Source of the DNA: Eledone cirrhosa
Taxonomy: Eukaryota
Direction of reading: 5' to 3'
Length of the DNA stretch: 64,000 nt
NCBI GenBank assembly: GCA_964016885.1
Contig: OZ024742.1
Span: 337,218,001 to 337,282,000 of the forward strand
The position numbers and the translations under genes were made by a program. Below the pieces are notes generated by a model. That model was not told where the DNA came from, ran no database searches, and saw nothing but the letters and a program-made list of their open reading frames with translations. Shown here piece by piece: positions 12,423 to 23,497 of this stretch. Position 1 is the first letter of the stretch, and every line of letters starts with the position of its first letter.

Positions 12423-12890
12423 TTATACAGTCCTGGCAGACAGAATAGAGGTGTTTCTCCAGAGGGTAGTGAGGGAGACACACTGGTGAGGGAGCCATTT
12501 CAGCTCCCGAGGCACACACATGCGGAAAGCCAACTCTGTGCCATTGGTGGTGATTAGGGAGGTGGTCCTAGAGCCAAGGACACCAGAAGTCTCCACTGCT
12601 ACAGGCTTGATCACAAGCCTGTCAGAGAGCATTCGATATTTGGAGTGTTTACCCTTCTCAGCTCAATGTGCAACGGAGCTTGGATTAGTCGCACACTGCA
12701 CCAGGTTGTAGCTGGAGAAAGTGTTGCTGCATGTGGCATCTCAGATGAGTGGTTTGCCACTGTGGAACAGGAAGATGGTCGTGCTATCTGGCCTTTTGCC
12801 AGCCACTCAATCCAGCCCTGCTGGCTTAAGCTGGAAGGGGAAGCCTGCAGCATCCAAGCCATGTTTTATGATCTCATTGGCAGCAGCAAG
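12423..12890 (-). mobile_element. Degenerate 3' fragment of a CRE-like (RLE-type) non-LTR element
   Basis: KYRMLSDRLVIKPVAVETSGVLG...RELKWL..VSLTTLWRN resembles the KY..L..F.PxAxETxG and QRxSxAxxRGN C-terminus of CRE-type RLE domains. Confidence 0.6.
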
Positions 12891-13300
12891 GCCTAGACAC
12901 AGTCTCTCACCCTCTCCCCTTCCCCCTCTCTTTCTCTCGTTGCCTATTAGTGCCCCCCCCCCCCCGCTTTCTTCTCACTTATGGCATTTATAGTCCTTTC
13001 CTCTACTTTCTTTTACAGCCAGATCTGCCCTGCTTTACCCCTTCCTCCTTTTTTTCATTACTTAATTTTGTTTTTATATTTCCACCATTGTATAACTTCT
13101 GTCTGTAAAATATAGTTGATATATGTTTATGTATAACAGATGACAAATTGAAATAAAAGACAAGCTATTGTTAATAGGTGTGTTGTGAAGCTGCAGGTAT
13201 AATGTAAGAGAGATAAAGGCAACACATATAGACATACACATACGTATACATATAGACATACACATATATATAGACACACACGAACACAGACAAACGCACA

Positions 13301-13333
<33 letters not shown>

Positions 13334-14149
13334 GTAACTAGCGTCTGCTGAGACAACTGAATGTTAAAACAGATTGTACGGCATTACGTATTCCTTTTAC
13401 TTTTGTTTTTCTTCGTTGGTTTTCATTTGGAATGTTTTATTACTATGAATGTAATATTGGCGAATACGTTTGTGTTTCCTAGTTTAGTTGTATTAATTGT
13501 TTTATTCGAGTATTTTTAGCAGGTTTAGTGACCCAAAAGAGACGTTATAACTTTTAAACCAATTCAAGTAATGACGGAATGGAAAGAATTCAAGCTAGCC
13601 TTCGTCTGTGCGTTACAAAATTTATTTCCCTTAGACTGTTAAATTTAATTGATTTGCATTAAAAAATTTATTCAAATGAATTTCTCTTTCCTGAAGTTGA
13701 TATTGTACCATTTCTCCACTTCTATAGTTACCTTTGTTTGTATAGATATAATAGACTCTGCTAATCTTCCCGGTAGTTGTCTAGTGCTCTATCGATTCAA
13801 ATATGTATAGAAGTTTTGTGAATATAATTCAAATATTCTTTTACTGGTGTCAGTCAGTAGACTATGACCATGCTGGGGCACTGCCTAACCGAGTTTACTT
13901 GATCATATCGACCCTAGTATTTATATTTTTTCCAAATATTTTACTCATTTTATCCATCTGTTTTCGTCGAATACCAAAAAGTTTGACTATGAGATTCTGA
14001 GAGACAAACTGATAGCTTGAAATAAGTGCTAAGGAGGAGATGCACCAGAAGATATATTTGACAGAAAACAAAATATTAAAACATCTTAATATTATTTGTA
14101 ATGTTAACATTCTGAACTTGTATGGTTAATTATTAGTTTTTATCTCACT

Positions 14150-14230
14150 TGTCATCGTTGGTGATGCCCGTGAGGGTGATTGGTTGTTTCAGCGCTTTAG
14201 CCTTGCCATCACTCGTGGTAACATGTCACA
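14150..14230 (+). mobile_element. Short CRE-like element C-terminal relic
   Basis: A plus frame reads VGDAREGDWLFQRFSLAITRGNM (the QRxSLAxxRGN motif). Confidence 0.55.
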
Positions 14231-14465
14231 GCAAAGCCACTACAACTCTACTGGGAGTTATAGGTCAAAAGAACGGATATATATATATGATTTGGACGTG
14301 CGTCTACATGCAAGAACACATATCTGAGGAGCTCCTGATTCCAGAGTCAGGAACGAACATTATTTGATCGTGCCTCAAGCTGATCAGCAATGAAACATCT
14401 GTAATATGTAATTAAATATGTATATGATGCAATACTGTTTCTTTGTTCCCATTTATTATTCTTAT

Positions 14466-14499
<34 letters not shown>

Positions 14500-14501
<2 letters not shown>

Positions 14502-14655
14502 CAGATCCTGAGGCACTTGGTCATATGTCTTTTTGAGGCCTACAAAATAAGAATATACCTCTTGGCAATACTCCCATGATCTCTCGAAGACCTGTCACAG
14601 TGTGAATATTTGGTCAGCTGTGCTGCATCCAGGGCAAAAACTGCACTGTTCATTT
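14500..14655 (-). mobile_element. RTE-clade RT fragment
   Basis: The minus strand reads EQCSFCPGCSTADQIFTL*QVFERSWEY..VYSYFVGLKR (RT subdomain 2-3). Confidence 0.7.
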
Positions 14656-15860
14656 GTAGTGAAATAAATGTTTTACCATGATGTTTTGTTAACCACCTTA
14701 GGATTGACCTATGACCTCACAGAGGCAAAACAGACAGTAACATCCCCCAGCGCATTATGGGGGTGCACTGTCTAGGATATGATGTTTGATGTGAGAGATG
14801 TTACTCCTGTTGTCCAGGAGCTTCCAGATGAAACAAGATAAGAATGTAGAATTTTCTCTCCTTATGCACATGAAGGAGTGTGCATGCTGAGTAAATCCCT
14901 GCTTGAGTTCAAAATAATCTCCATCAGATTGTTACACATAAGAAGAGGGATCTTGTCACAGTTATTTTACACATAAACCCTGATACACAATACAAGATCA
15001 ATAGAGGAGGAGAGTGATGTCTGTGCTGTTCTGGAATTGCCACACATTCTTCTATACTCAATGACTAACAGTTCATAAATTTGGTCTGATAGTGGTAGGG
15101 TCAGATGGTAGAAATAACTTACGTTAAATGTCAAACTAATGTGAAACTATTATTGAGCTAAGGAAGGGTTATTTGATGTAGTGGCCTAAGGGTCAGTTTT
15201 GTTATATGTTCATGTAACCAGGGAGGAGTGCAAAACATTATATACAAAAGAAGAAAAAAAAACAAAGATCAAAGTAAAGAATAAAAAATGAAATGCAGGT
15301 CCAATACGAAAAGCTTTACAGGCTCGTTTCTTGTCTATATACACATTAGCATGGGTCAGACTAAGGTGAACATTTTGAAAGGTAGAGGCACATAATAAAT
15401 GGGCTGCTGTATCTTGAAATATGGTTAAGGTTATCATATACCAGGTCTTGAATACATAAGATTCTTCTTAACTAAACTCAAGAGATCCTTCATATACACA
15501 CACATCAATTTGTCATTTTTTTTGTGTGTCTTTGTACGTAGGACTTTAGTTCAAATATATTTTTTTCTATTTTTCTCCTTTCTATTTTTTCTCCTATTGG
15601 TGAAACTACTGTATACTGTGTTTCTAAATCTTCCTTTACAGTTGAAGTACAGTGGTTTATAGCATTTTTTGTCTTTATTTGTGTAATTCGCTGAACGGCA
15701 TAACTTTTGCTGTCTCCCTGTTTTGTTCCAATGTGCACTGGAATGAATAGTGTCAACCTTAATGCATTGAGACTATAGTGATTTCCAGAGGTTGACGAGA
15801 AGGGACTGCTCATTTTTTCCATTATCTTAGTCCTGTGTGCCCCTCTTTTATATATATATA

Positions 15861-15930
15861 TAAGCAAAGAATCGCTGCTTGCACCCTTAATGGGATCTTC
15901 TGAAAGGTGAAAGCAGCGATTCTTTGCTTA
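15861..15930. repeat. 70-bp hairpin with perfect 20-bp arms
   Basis: TAAGCAAAGAATCGCTGCTT (15861-15880) and AAGCAGCGATTCTTTGCTTA (15911-15930). Confidence 0.9.
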
Positions 15931-16042
15931 AACTTTAATCTGTTATTTTTTATAAATATTTGCTCTACGGTTCTTATATATTTGATATATATTTATCCTT
16001 ATCGAGCCCTCTTTGGATTTTAGTCTTCAAATTTATTATTAT

Positions 16043-16082
<40 letters not shown>

Positions 16083-16124
16083 TATAGAAATTACATGAAT
16101 CAAAGTTCTGTTTAAATCATTTAT

Positions 16125-16173
16125 TTGCTTACAATTGTTTCTTCCAAACCGAGGTTTGGAGTCTTCGGAGCAA
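16125..16173 (-). ncRNA. Mirror copy of the minimal hammerhead motif on the left palindrome arm
   Basis: Reverse complement of 16886-16934. Confidence 0.65.
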
Positions 16174-16885
16174 TTATTCAGTTATTTTTTACAGACTTGA
16201 CCTCCTTTTCAACACAAGAGACATATAGAAACATATGTATATATTGACCCACAGTGGGTTGACATCCATTATAATAATACTGCATGGCAATTTACATACA
16301 AAGATTACAGTCATATTAAAGGACAAAATTAAAGTTAAAATTAAAATTAAAATAAAAATAAAAATAAAACGTTGGCAGTTTACGAAGATAAAGCAAGAGG
16401 AAAGTTTGGAGTAGCCAGTGTATGCAACAGTCACATGTGAGGCATGCACGCGTGTCCTATTTATACAAGATTATAGTGCGGCAGAATGTTACATATAAAA
16501 CAAGCAGTCAAAGCAGGCAATCGAGAGCATCATGGGGGCTGTACCAGTACAGCCCCCATGATGCCTGCTTTGACTGCTTGTTTTACATGTAACATCTTGT
16601 ATAAATAGGACACGCGTGCATGCCTCACGTGTGACTGTTGCATACACTGGCTACTCCAAACTTTCCTCTTGCTTTATCTTCGTAAACTGCCAACTTTTTA
16701 TTTTAATTTTAATTTTAATTTTAACTTTAATTTTGTCCTTTAATATGACTGTAATCTTTGTATGTAAATTGCCATGCAGTATTATTATAATGGATGTCAA
16801 CCCACTGTGGGTCAATATATACATATGTTTCTATATGTCTCTTGTGTTGAAAAGGAGGTCAAGTATGTAAAAAATAACTGAATAA

Positions 16886-16934
16886 TTGCTCCGAAGACTC
16901 CAAACCTCGGTTTGGAAGAAACAATTGTAAGCAA
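16886..16934 (+). ncRNA. Minimal type I hammerhead ribozyme motif (PLE-type, variant core)
   Basis: Stem I TTGCT/AGCAA; core CCGAAGA (C in place of the canonical U); stem II TCCAAACC-TC-GGTTTGGA; GAAAC-AATT-GTA with a palindromic tetraloop and GUA triplet. Confidence 0.65.
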
Positions 16935-17136
16935 ATAAATGATTTAAACAGAACTTTGATTCATGTAATTTCTATATAACTGCTCTGTAAAACAACTGAT
17001 GTTGTTACATTGAGCTATTTATCTTACTGGTAATAAGATAGTAATAAATTACTGTCTTTCACTATTTAGGGTTTAAAATATATATAACTATAAAAGGTTT
17101 TAGTATATACATAACCATAAATAGTATCCTTAATAC

Positions 17137-17168
<32 letters not shown>

Positions 17169-17440
17169 CCAAATGACTTCTACAGGACTAGAACTGTTTC
17201 ATTTGTTTGAAATCATCACTGGTAATTTGAACAAATGAAACTCATGTATGAATGTATAAATGTATGTATTTTTGTATGTATATTTGTTTGTATGTATATA
17301 TATATGTGTGTATATATAGATATATATATATACACATACGTGAAAAATATATAAAGGAAAACAAACCGTTAAAACATGTTTATTTAAAACACCACCAACA
17401 TACGTTTCGCCCGAAAAGGGCTTCTCAAGGGCATAAAAAA

Positions 17441-17541
17441 CTAAAGAGTGTTCCTTACGTGACCCAGAAAGGGTTTTAAAGATAAATTCACTAAAGGGTG
17501 TTCCTTACGTGACCCAGAAGGGGTGTTAAAGATAAATTCAC
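17441..17541. repeat. ~50-bp tandem duplication
   Basis: CTAAAG(A/G)GTGTTCCTTACGTGACCCAGAA..GGT(G)TTAAAGATAAATTCA occurs twice. Confidence 0.8.
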
Positions 17542-17551
17542 ATAACAGTTC

Positions 17552-17609
<58 letters not shown>

Positions 17610-17653
17610 TGGCGAAACATAAGTCAATTGCATGAACTCATAATCCTTTATTT

Positions 17654-17710
17654 ACTGCTATATATATTTCGATGATTAGCCATTGAATGGCTATAACCTC
17701 ATCAGGCAGT
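17654..17710 (-). ncRNA. Minimal type I hammerhead ribozyme with canonical core (PLE-type)
   Basis: Minus strand: ACTGC CTGATGA GGTTATAGCCATT-C-AATGGCTAATCATC GAAA T-ATAT-ATA GCAGT. It has a perfect 5-bp stem I, CUGAUGA/GAAA boxes, a palindromic loop III and an AUA triplet. Confidence 0.75.
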
Positions 17711-17845
17711 TAGTCAGTTCTTAGATATGCCAGCTCTGTGTTTATGGTATTGATGGTATCAGAGCCTTGGGACATATATATACACACAAATATATGTGTA
17801 TATATATATATATAGATAGATAAATATGTATATATATATAGATAG

Positions 17846-17876
<31 letters not shown>

Positions 17877-17918
17877 TAGGGGGGATGTGTATTGTGTTCG
17901 TTTTGGGAGTGGGGTTCT

Positions 17919-17996
17919 TTAATATATTCTACTTCGTCTTGATGGGGTAGTTCTTTGGAAAGTATCTTCATTTGGCAGACACATATAAACAGCAAA
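17919..17996 (-). CDS. Pif/BMSP-like gene, terminal coding exon (FAVYMCLPNEDTFQRTTPSRRSRIY*)
   Basis: Strong acceptor (T)n-cag; phase 0 matches the preceding exon; an FxVYxC motif closes the LamG-like domain; TAA at 17919-17921. Confidence 0.75.
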   Translation of the reverse strand, partial: FAVYMCLPNEDTFQRTTPSRRSRIY

Positions 17997-18099
17997 CTGA
18001 AAAAAAAAAAAAACACATAAAAAAAACACAAATTTCTGCATTAAATAGGAATTGCTGTGAATTAGGGAACCATTCACTATATCTTAATGTTAAGTTTAA

Positions 18100-18385
18100 G
18101 TCTAAAGTCTGTCTCGAACCCGGGGGCTCATTAGGCTAGTACTTATCCTGGTTTCCAAGGTGTGAAGCGACTGAGAGTGCAAGACTCCCCATTGGACAGG
18201 ATGCCAGTCCATCTCAGAGTTAACTCCCCAACTATTGCTGGTACTCATTTTTAGCAGAGTATACTGGAGCAATGTGAAATGAAATGTTTTGCTCAAGAGC
18301 ACAACACATAACCCAGTCCAGGAATTGAATCCATGACATTATGATCGTAAGTTCAACATCCTTACCACTAAGTCACTCGTCTACA
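18100..18385 (-). mobile_element. CORE-like tRNA-derived SINE
   Basis: The minus strand has a tRNA-like head (..GTGGTAAGG..GATTCAATTCC), CTTGAGCAAAACATTTCATTTCACATTGCTCCAGT and AATGAGTACCAGC. Related remnant at 5757-5915. Confidence 0.7.
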
Positions 18386-18525
18386 TGAATACTTGTGATG
18401 TAGATGTGGGGGATAGGGGGATATATAGTCAATCAGAAATTGAATTTTTAACCATTTACCATTTACATTACTCTACATTTACTTTCGTCTTTTTGCGGTA
18501 AAGGCTTTATCTCACATAATCTTAA

Positions 18526-18745
18526 CCCTTTAGCATTTACATTACTCTATTTATACTATTATATTTACTATTATATTTTCATGGTAAAGGTTTTATCTCA
18601 CATAGTATTGAATCTATGAGATTTTGATATTATTTATTTTGAGAACAATACCTTAACATCAGTATAAGTGGCCAGTTATGGCTTCTTTGAACAGAAAGAG
18701 GTGAGAGAATTCTGGCTGGATATAGCCAATTTAAGTGCTAAAGTG
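18526..18745. mobile_element. piggyBac-type MITE nested in an older copy of the same family (~18449-18845)
   Basis: TTAA|CCCTTTAGCATTT ... AAGTGCTAAAGTG|TTAA. The two flanks join to form another diverged copy of the same internal sequence. Confidence 0.8.
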
Positions 18746-18842
18746 TTAAATCTTTCAAGATTTTGATGATGTTATTGGCTATTTTGAGAATGATATCTTA
18801 ATGTCGGTATGAGTGGCTGATTATGGCTGGTTTGAGCAGAAA

Positions 18843-19935
18843 AGTGGCCATGTAGGTGTTACAATAAAAAAACACCCAGTCCATACTGTAAAGTGGCGAT
18901 GTAGGTGTTACAATAAAAAAACACCCAGTCCATACTGTAAAGTGGCGATATAGGTGTTACAATAAAAAGAAACAGTCCACACTGTAAAGTGGCTATGTAG
19001 GTGTTACAACAAAAAGAACCCAGTCCATACTGTAAAGTGGCGATGTAGGTGTTACAACAAAAAACACCCAGTCCATACTGTAAAGTGGCGATGTAGGTGT
19101 TACAACAAAAAGAACCCAGTCCATACTGTAAAGTGGCGATGTAGGTGTTACAACAAAAAGAACCCAGTCCATACTGTAAAGTGGCGATGTAGGTGTTACA
19201 ACAAAAAGAACCCAGTTCATACTGTAAAGTGGCGATGTAGGTGTTACAACAAAAAACACCCAGTCCATACTGTAAAGTGGCTATGTAGATGTTACAACAA
19301 AAAGAACCCAGTCCATACTGTAAAGTGGCGATGTAGGTGTTACAACAAAAAGAACCCAGTCCATACTGTAAAGTGGCGATGTAGGTGTTACAACAAAAAG
19401 AACCCAGTCCATACTGTAAAGTGGCGATGTAGGTGTTACAACAAAAAGAACCCAGTCCATACTGTAAAGTGGCGATGTAGGTGTTACAACAAAAAACACC
19501 CAGTCCATACTGTAAAGTGGCGATGTAGGTGTTACAACAAAAAACACCCAGTCCACACTGTAAAGTGGCTATGTAGGTGTTACAACAAAAAACACCCAGT
19601 CCACACTGTAAAGTGGTTGTGTAGGTGTTACAAAAAAAAGCACCCAGACTACACTGTAAAGTGGTTGTGTAGGTATTACAACAAAAAGCATCCAGACTAC
19701 ACTGTAAAGTGGTTGTGTAGGTGTTACAACAAAAAGCACCCAGACTACACTGTAAAGTGGTTGTGTAGGTATTACAACAAAAAGCATCCAGACTACACTG
19801 TAAAGTGGTTGTGTAGGTGTTACAACAAAAAGCACCCAGACTACACTGTAAAGTGGCCATGTAGGTGTTACAACAAAAAGCACCCAGTCCACACTGTAAA
19901 GTGGTTGTGTAGGTGTTACAACAAAAAGCACTTAA
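18843..19935. repeat. 48-bp minisatellite, ~23 copies, expanded from an internal unit of an RTE-tailed SINE
   Basis: Unit GTGGCGATGTAGGTGTTACAACAAAAAGAACCCAGTCCATACTGTAAA, with variants in blocks. It runs into GTGGTTGGTGTTAGGAAGGGCATCC...CCAACCCATGCTAGCATGGAAAAATGGAC..(GAT)n at 19950-20115. Confidence 0.92.
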
Positions 19936-20174
19936 ACCACATTGTAAATGTGGTTGGTGTTAGGAAGGGCATCCAACTGTAGAAACCAAGCCAAAATTAG
20001 TTCTGTATGAACAAGACACAGTCACCTGATCTAGCTTGTCTCACAATGGGACAACTCATCCAACCCATGCTAGCATGGAAAAATGGACATTAAAAGGTGA
20101 TAATGATGATGATGATATATATGTATGTATAAAACATATGTAGATAGAGATATTGAAGAAAATGTGAAACCTAC

Positions 20175-20254
20175 ATTGTCAATCTCTCCGTGGAATGAAT
20201 GCTGACCATCACAATCACCAATCAATAAACCAGACTGACGTCTTTCAATATTTC
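20175..20254 (-). CDS. Pif/BMSP-like gene exon (GNIERRQSGLLIGDCDGQHSFHGEIDN), LamG-like C-terminal part
   Basis: tttccag acceptor, gtaggt donor, phase 1 to 0; LxIG..FxGxID is a LamG/ConA signature. Confidence 0.85.
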
Positions 20255-20509
20255 CTGGAAAGTAAGTTGTTATTGTTTTTTGTATTTATTTTATAAATAT
20301 AAACATTTAACTCTATAAATTTAATGATTAACACCTCAGTATATCCAAAGCAAGAGAGATGTGAAAACATATTATTTACATCACAACTTACCAAAGAAAA
20401 CAAAATAATTAATCCAGCCATCATTTGGGACACCACAGTTAACAACTATTTTGCTCCTTCCCATGGAACCCCTATTTTGCTAAGAATATTGATCTTCTGG
20501 AAACTGATC

Positions 20510-21052
20510 AGAGATCTACAACCAAACGAATACTCTCCATCTGGCATCTATCATACTCTGAATGGCTTGCTTTCCTGGGCATGGATACATTAAAGCTCTG
20601 ACGTCTGGCAACTGACTTGGTAAACACCCACAAGATTATTAACCATCTTGCCAACAACAACTCTGAGCACATTTTTGATTTCCATGTGTCTAAAACCTGT
20701 GCGCATGCTTACAAAATCAGAAAACAGCACAGCTCCCATGACTTTCAGAAACATTTGTTCACGCTCAGAGTTATTGAAGCATGGAAAAAACTACCTACAT
20801 CAGTTGTTAGTTGTTGGGACACTGCATCCTTCAAAACTTCCATGCTTCTCGAAATTCACCAACACTACACCTGATATTCCACCTCCATCCACACAGACAC
20901 ATACATGTGTCTGTGTGTCTGTGTGTATATCATGATTCATACATTGTTCACTTTTCTGATATTTATACATTATTCTATGTACTATACATGCAACCTTGAT
21001 GAGTTGTAGTGCACCTGAGCACTGTACACAATAATTTTCATTATTGTTATTA
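20510..21052 (+). mobile_element. CR1/L2 LINE 3' fragment
   Basis: NTHKIINHL..KHLFTLRVIEAWKKLP followed by the family 3' UTR and tail. Confidence 0.88.
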
Positions 21053-22261
21053 TCTTGGATTCTGCAACAAAGGTGAGCGGAATGGAATGAAATTCTAAAA
21101 TACCTGTGATGAGTGCAGCCAATCTTTAAGGTGCCAACATTTGACTGTGTGTCCCTCATGCCATTTCTGTTAGCCATAGAAATGTTTGGTTGCACCTATC
21201 TCCTTGAGAAAGGTGTAGCCAATCGTTGAGGTGTCAACATTTGACTGTGCATCAATTATGATATTTCAGTGAGCCTTAAAAATGATTGGTGGTACCCATT
21301 TCCTCTCTGAGTGTCCAGTCCCTCCTAATTTAGCCTGAAATGTTTAGTGTCCAATCCCTCACTAGTTTAGAGTTAGATAATGTTTTTCGAGACATCTTCC
21401 CATCTCTATCTACTAAACTACATATGAACCAATGTGGAACCTTCTACAAAGTCACTTAACTTGCTAGAAATAGCAGTAAAACCCTCCTCAAATCACATCC
21501 TATGTCATCAATATAAAAGAATACATTAGAAAATGTAGCGCCTGGTGTACAGTGATGGTGTGCTCACAGCTAGAATTCTTATTAATCTGAGTCTAAATAA
21601 CAGCTAAACTACTTGTATCTCTGTTTATTGACCAACATCTACCAATCTATTTCAATATTCATCCAACCATTCTTATGAGATCCTTTAAATCATTCTTATG
21701 AGATCCTTTAAATCATGTCTCCTGCCTCCTCGTTGGTCCTCTCCTATCATCAATCTTGTCTAGATGGGAAATATCTGCCTGCCAAATCACAGGCCAGAAA
21801 ACCTAGGTCATATACCTGTGCTCAAACCACAGACATGTCCAATCAATAAGACAGTCCAAAGGGAAGATGCCCACACCTTCCACTTACATGATGTCACTTT
21901 ATCCCCTCCTTCTGACAAGGGGTCCAATGACGCAACTGAGCCCTATACATCCAGCCCCACACATTAAAAAAAGTAAAACATTGAAATAAATAACAAAAAG
22001 CAAACATGTGTAATATGTTGATCTTGCATAGATTTCATACTGATCTCCTGTGTATTCTAGGATAAAATTCATTAGTAAGAGTTAATTGTAAGAACAATTA
22101 AGGGATGCCACAATAATTGGGCTTAATTTTAATTTATTTTAAAAATCAACTTCATTATTTAACGGGCATTACTTACTTACTCAAACAAACAGCTTAGCAA
22201 CTAATCACCACAACATCCCAAAACAAATATGTTGTGTGTCCTAATAGAATTTGATACTAAC

Positions 22262-22352
22262 CGGTCATTGCAGTGGACTTCACTTTGTCGTTGACCTTTG
22301 CTGTGACATGTTGACCATCATACTTCATGGTTACATTGTTGAATCCTGCAAC
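22262..22352 (-). CDS. Pif/BMSP-like gene exon (VAGFNNVTMKYDGQHVTAKVNDKVKSTAMT)
   Basis: tttttcag acceptor, gttagt donor, phase 0 to 1; V.MxYDG....xVN is a LamG strand motif. Confidence 0.85.
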
Positions 22353-22954
22353 CTGAAAAACAATAAAAAAAACTCCACTTAGATTACACTCTAGTTTGTA
22401 ACAAAGAAATCTTACAAATAACGGCCCTTCAATATAAAACACTTAAACAGAGTGCTTTCCCTTGGTTTAATTTTTCACTATCCATTTATTCTCAGGGCTT
22501 GAATACCCCCCACCCCCATCCCGCCGCTTATTAAATTTTACTAATCTATCTCCAGCGAAATTGTATTTTAAGTGGCAACAATTAATTTCGTTAGACATTA
22601 AAACACATTATACCTGACTAAAATAAAGAACATTACAAGAAATCCCATACGTTATAAAATAATTCTGGGTTTTAAAAAATATCAAGGAAGACAACCTAAA
22701 AAAATTAGCGATTACCCCTTCCCCCCATATTATTTGGGACCCTATATATAATAAGGATTTTTTTTATTAGCCCATGAAAGGGCTGTGTATATCTGCTTCA
22801 TTTCACAACCTACTCATGCTTATGGAAATAAATCTATTCCACATGCCACCACCATAAAGAAACTTAAGGGTCAGTCCACCCCGTGGTCCTGGCCGACAGA
22901 ATGAAGAAGACATTATGCCAGTGGAAGGGGAGGCAGATAGTCAATATTAGAAGA

Positions 22955-23175
22955 GTGGTGGATTGACAGACTCATTAAAGCATTGAACACATGTTTAGCA
23001 GTATGTATTCCAGCTCTTTACTTTCTAAGTTCAAATCTTGTTATGGTCAACTTTTATTTTCATCCTTCTGAGGTAGATAAAATAAAGTATTAGTCAGGTA
23101 CTGGAGTTGATATAATCGACTTTCTCCTCCTACCAACTTGCTGCCTTGTGCCTATGCTGGAAAGCAATATTATCG
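22955..23175 (+). mobile_element. tRNA-headed SINE (same family as 2835-3402)
   Basis: AAGTTCAAATC box, TTTCATCCTTCTGAGGTAGATAAAATAAAGTA and CCTTGTGCCTA tail. Confidence 0.7.
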
Positions 23176-23497
23176 ATATTTGGTAAAGCTGAGTGAGGAG
23201 AGCTAGGCAGCAATCAGTCAAAATATATATATAATTCTCTCCAGTAACTACTCCAAATACAGTTTTTAATATTATTTAATATGGGTAACCAGAGAATTAA
23301 AGTAAGATGTAAGCTCCTAATATTTCATGTTCTTAACATGATATCCATTCTATGTTGAAACAAAGGGAATCATTGTCTTTAATGACTTCAGGAATGGCAT
23401 GGACATCATAGTAAGAGCAAGCTTGTTGTTAGCCACAAGAAATAACCACATATGGTAAAAAATAATGACAGACTATGTAAAAAAAAAACTGACAAAC

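Larger units (their letters stand above)
16083..16976. repeat. ~900-bp near-perfect palindrome (fold-back element), probably Penelope-like derived
   Basis: Arms 16083-16544 and 16547-16976 are reverse complements apart from a few substitutions and indels (mirror ORFs 16189-16449(-) and 16616-16870(+)). Centre GGGGGCTGTAC-CA-GTACAGCCCCC; the left end abuts (TA)n. Confidence 0.95.

Noticed and set aside
16189-16870. Pair of near-identical 84-86-aa hydrophobic ORFs as duplicated genes
   Set aside because: They are mirror images produced by the palindrome, with GTG starts and low-complexity ILILIL from an AT repeat.
18843-19935. CRISPR-like array, or the 333-aa Cys-rich ORF (18859-19860)
   Set aside because: Contiguous 48-bp units with no unique spacers and no cas genes, in eukaryotic context. 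The ORF is a by-product of a 16-codon unit derived from a SINE.
21115-21305. Diverged ~100-bp direct repeat (and a 23-bp duplication at ~21668-21715)
   Set aside because: Only two copies, with no TIR, TSD or coding signal; ordinary local duplication.
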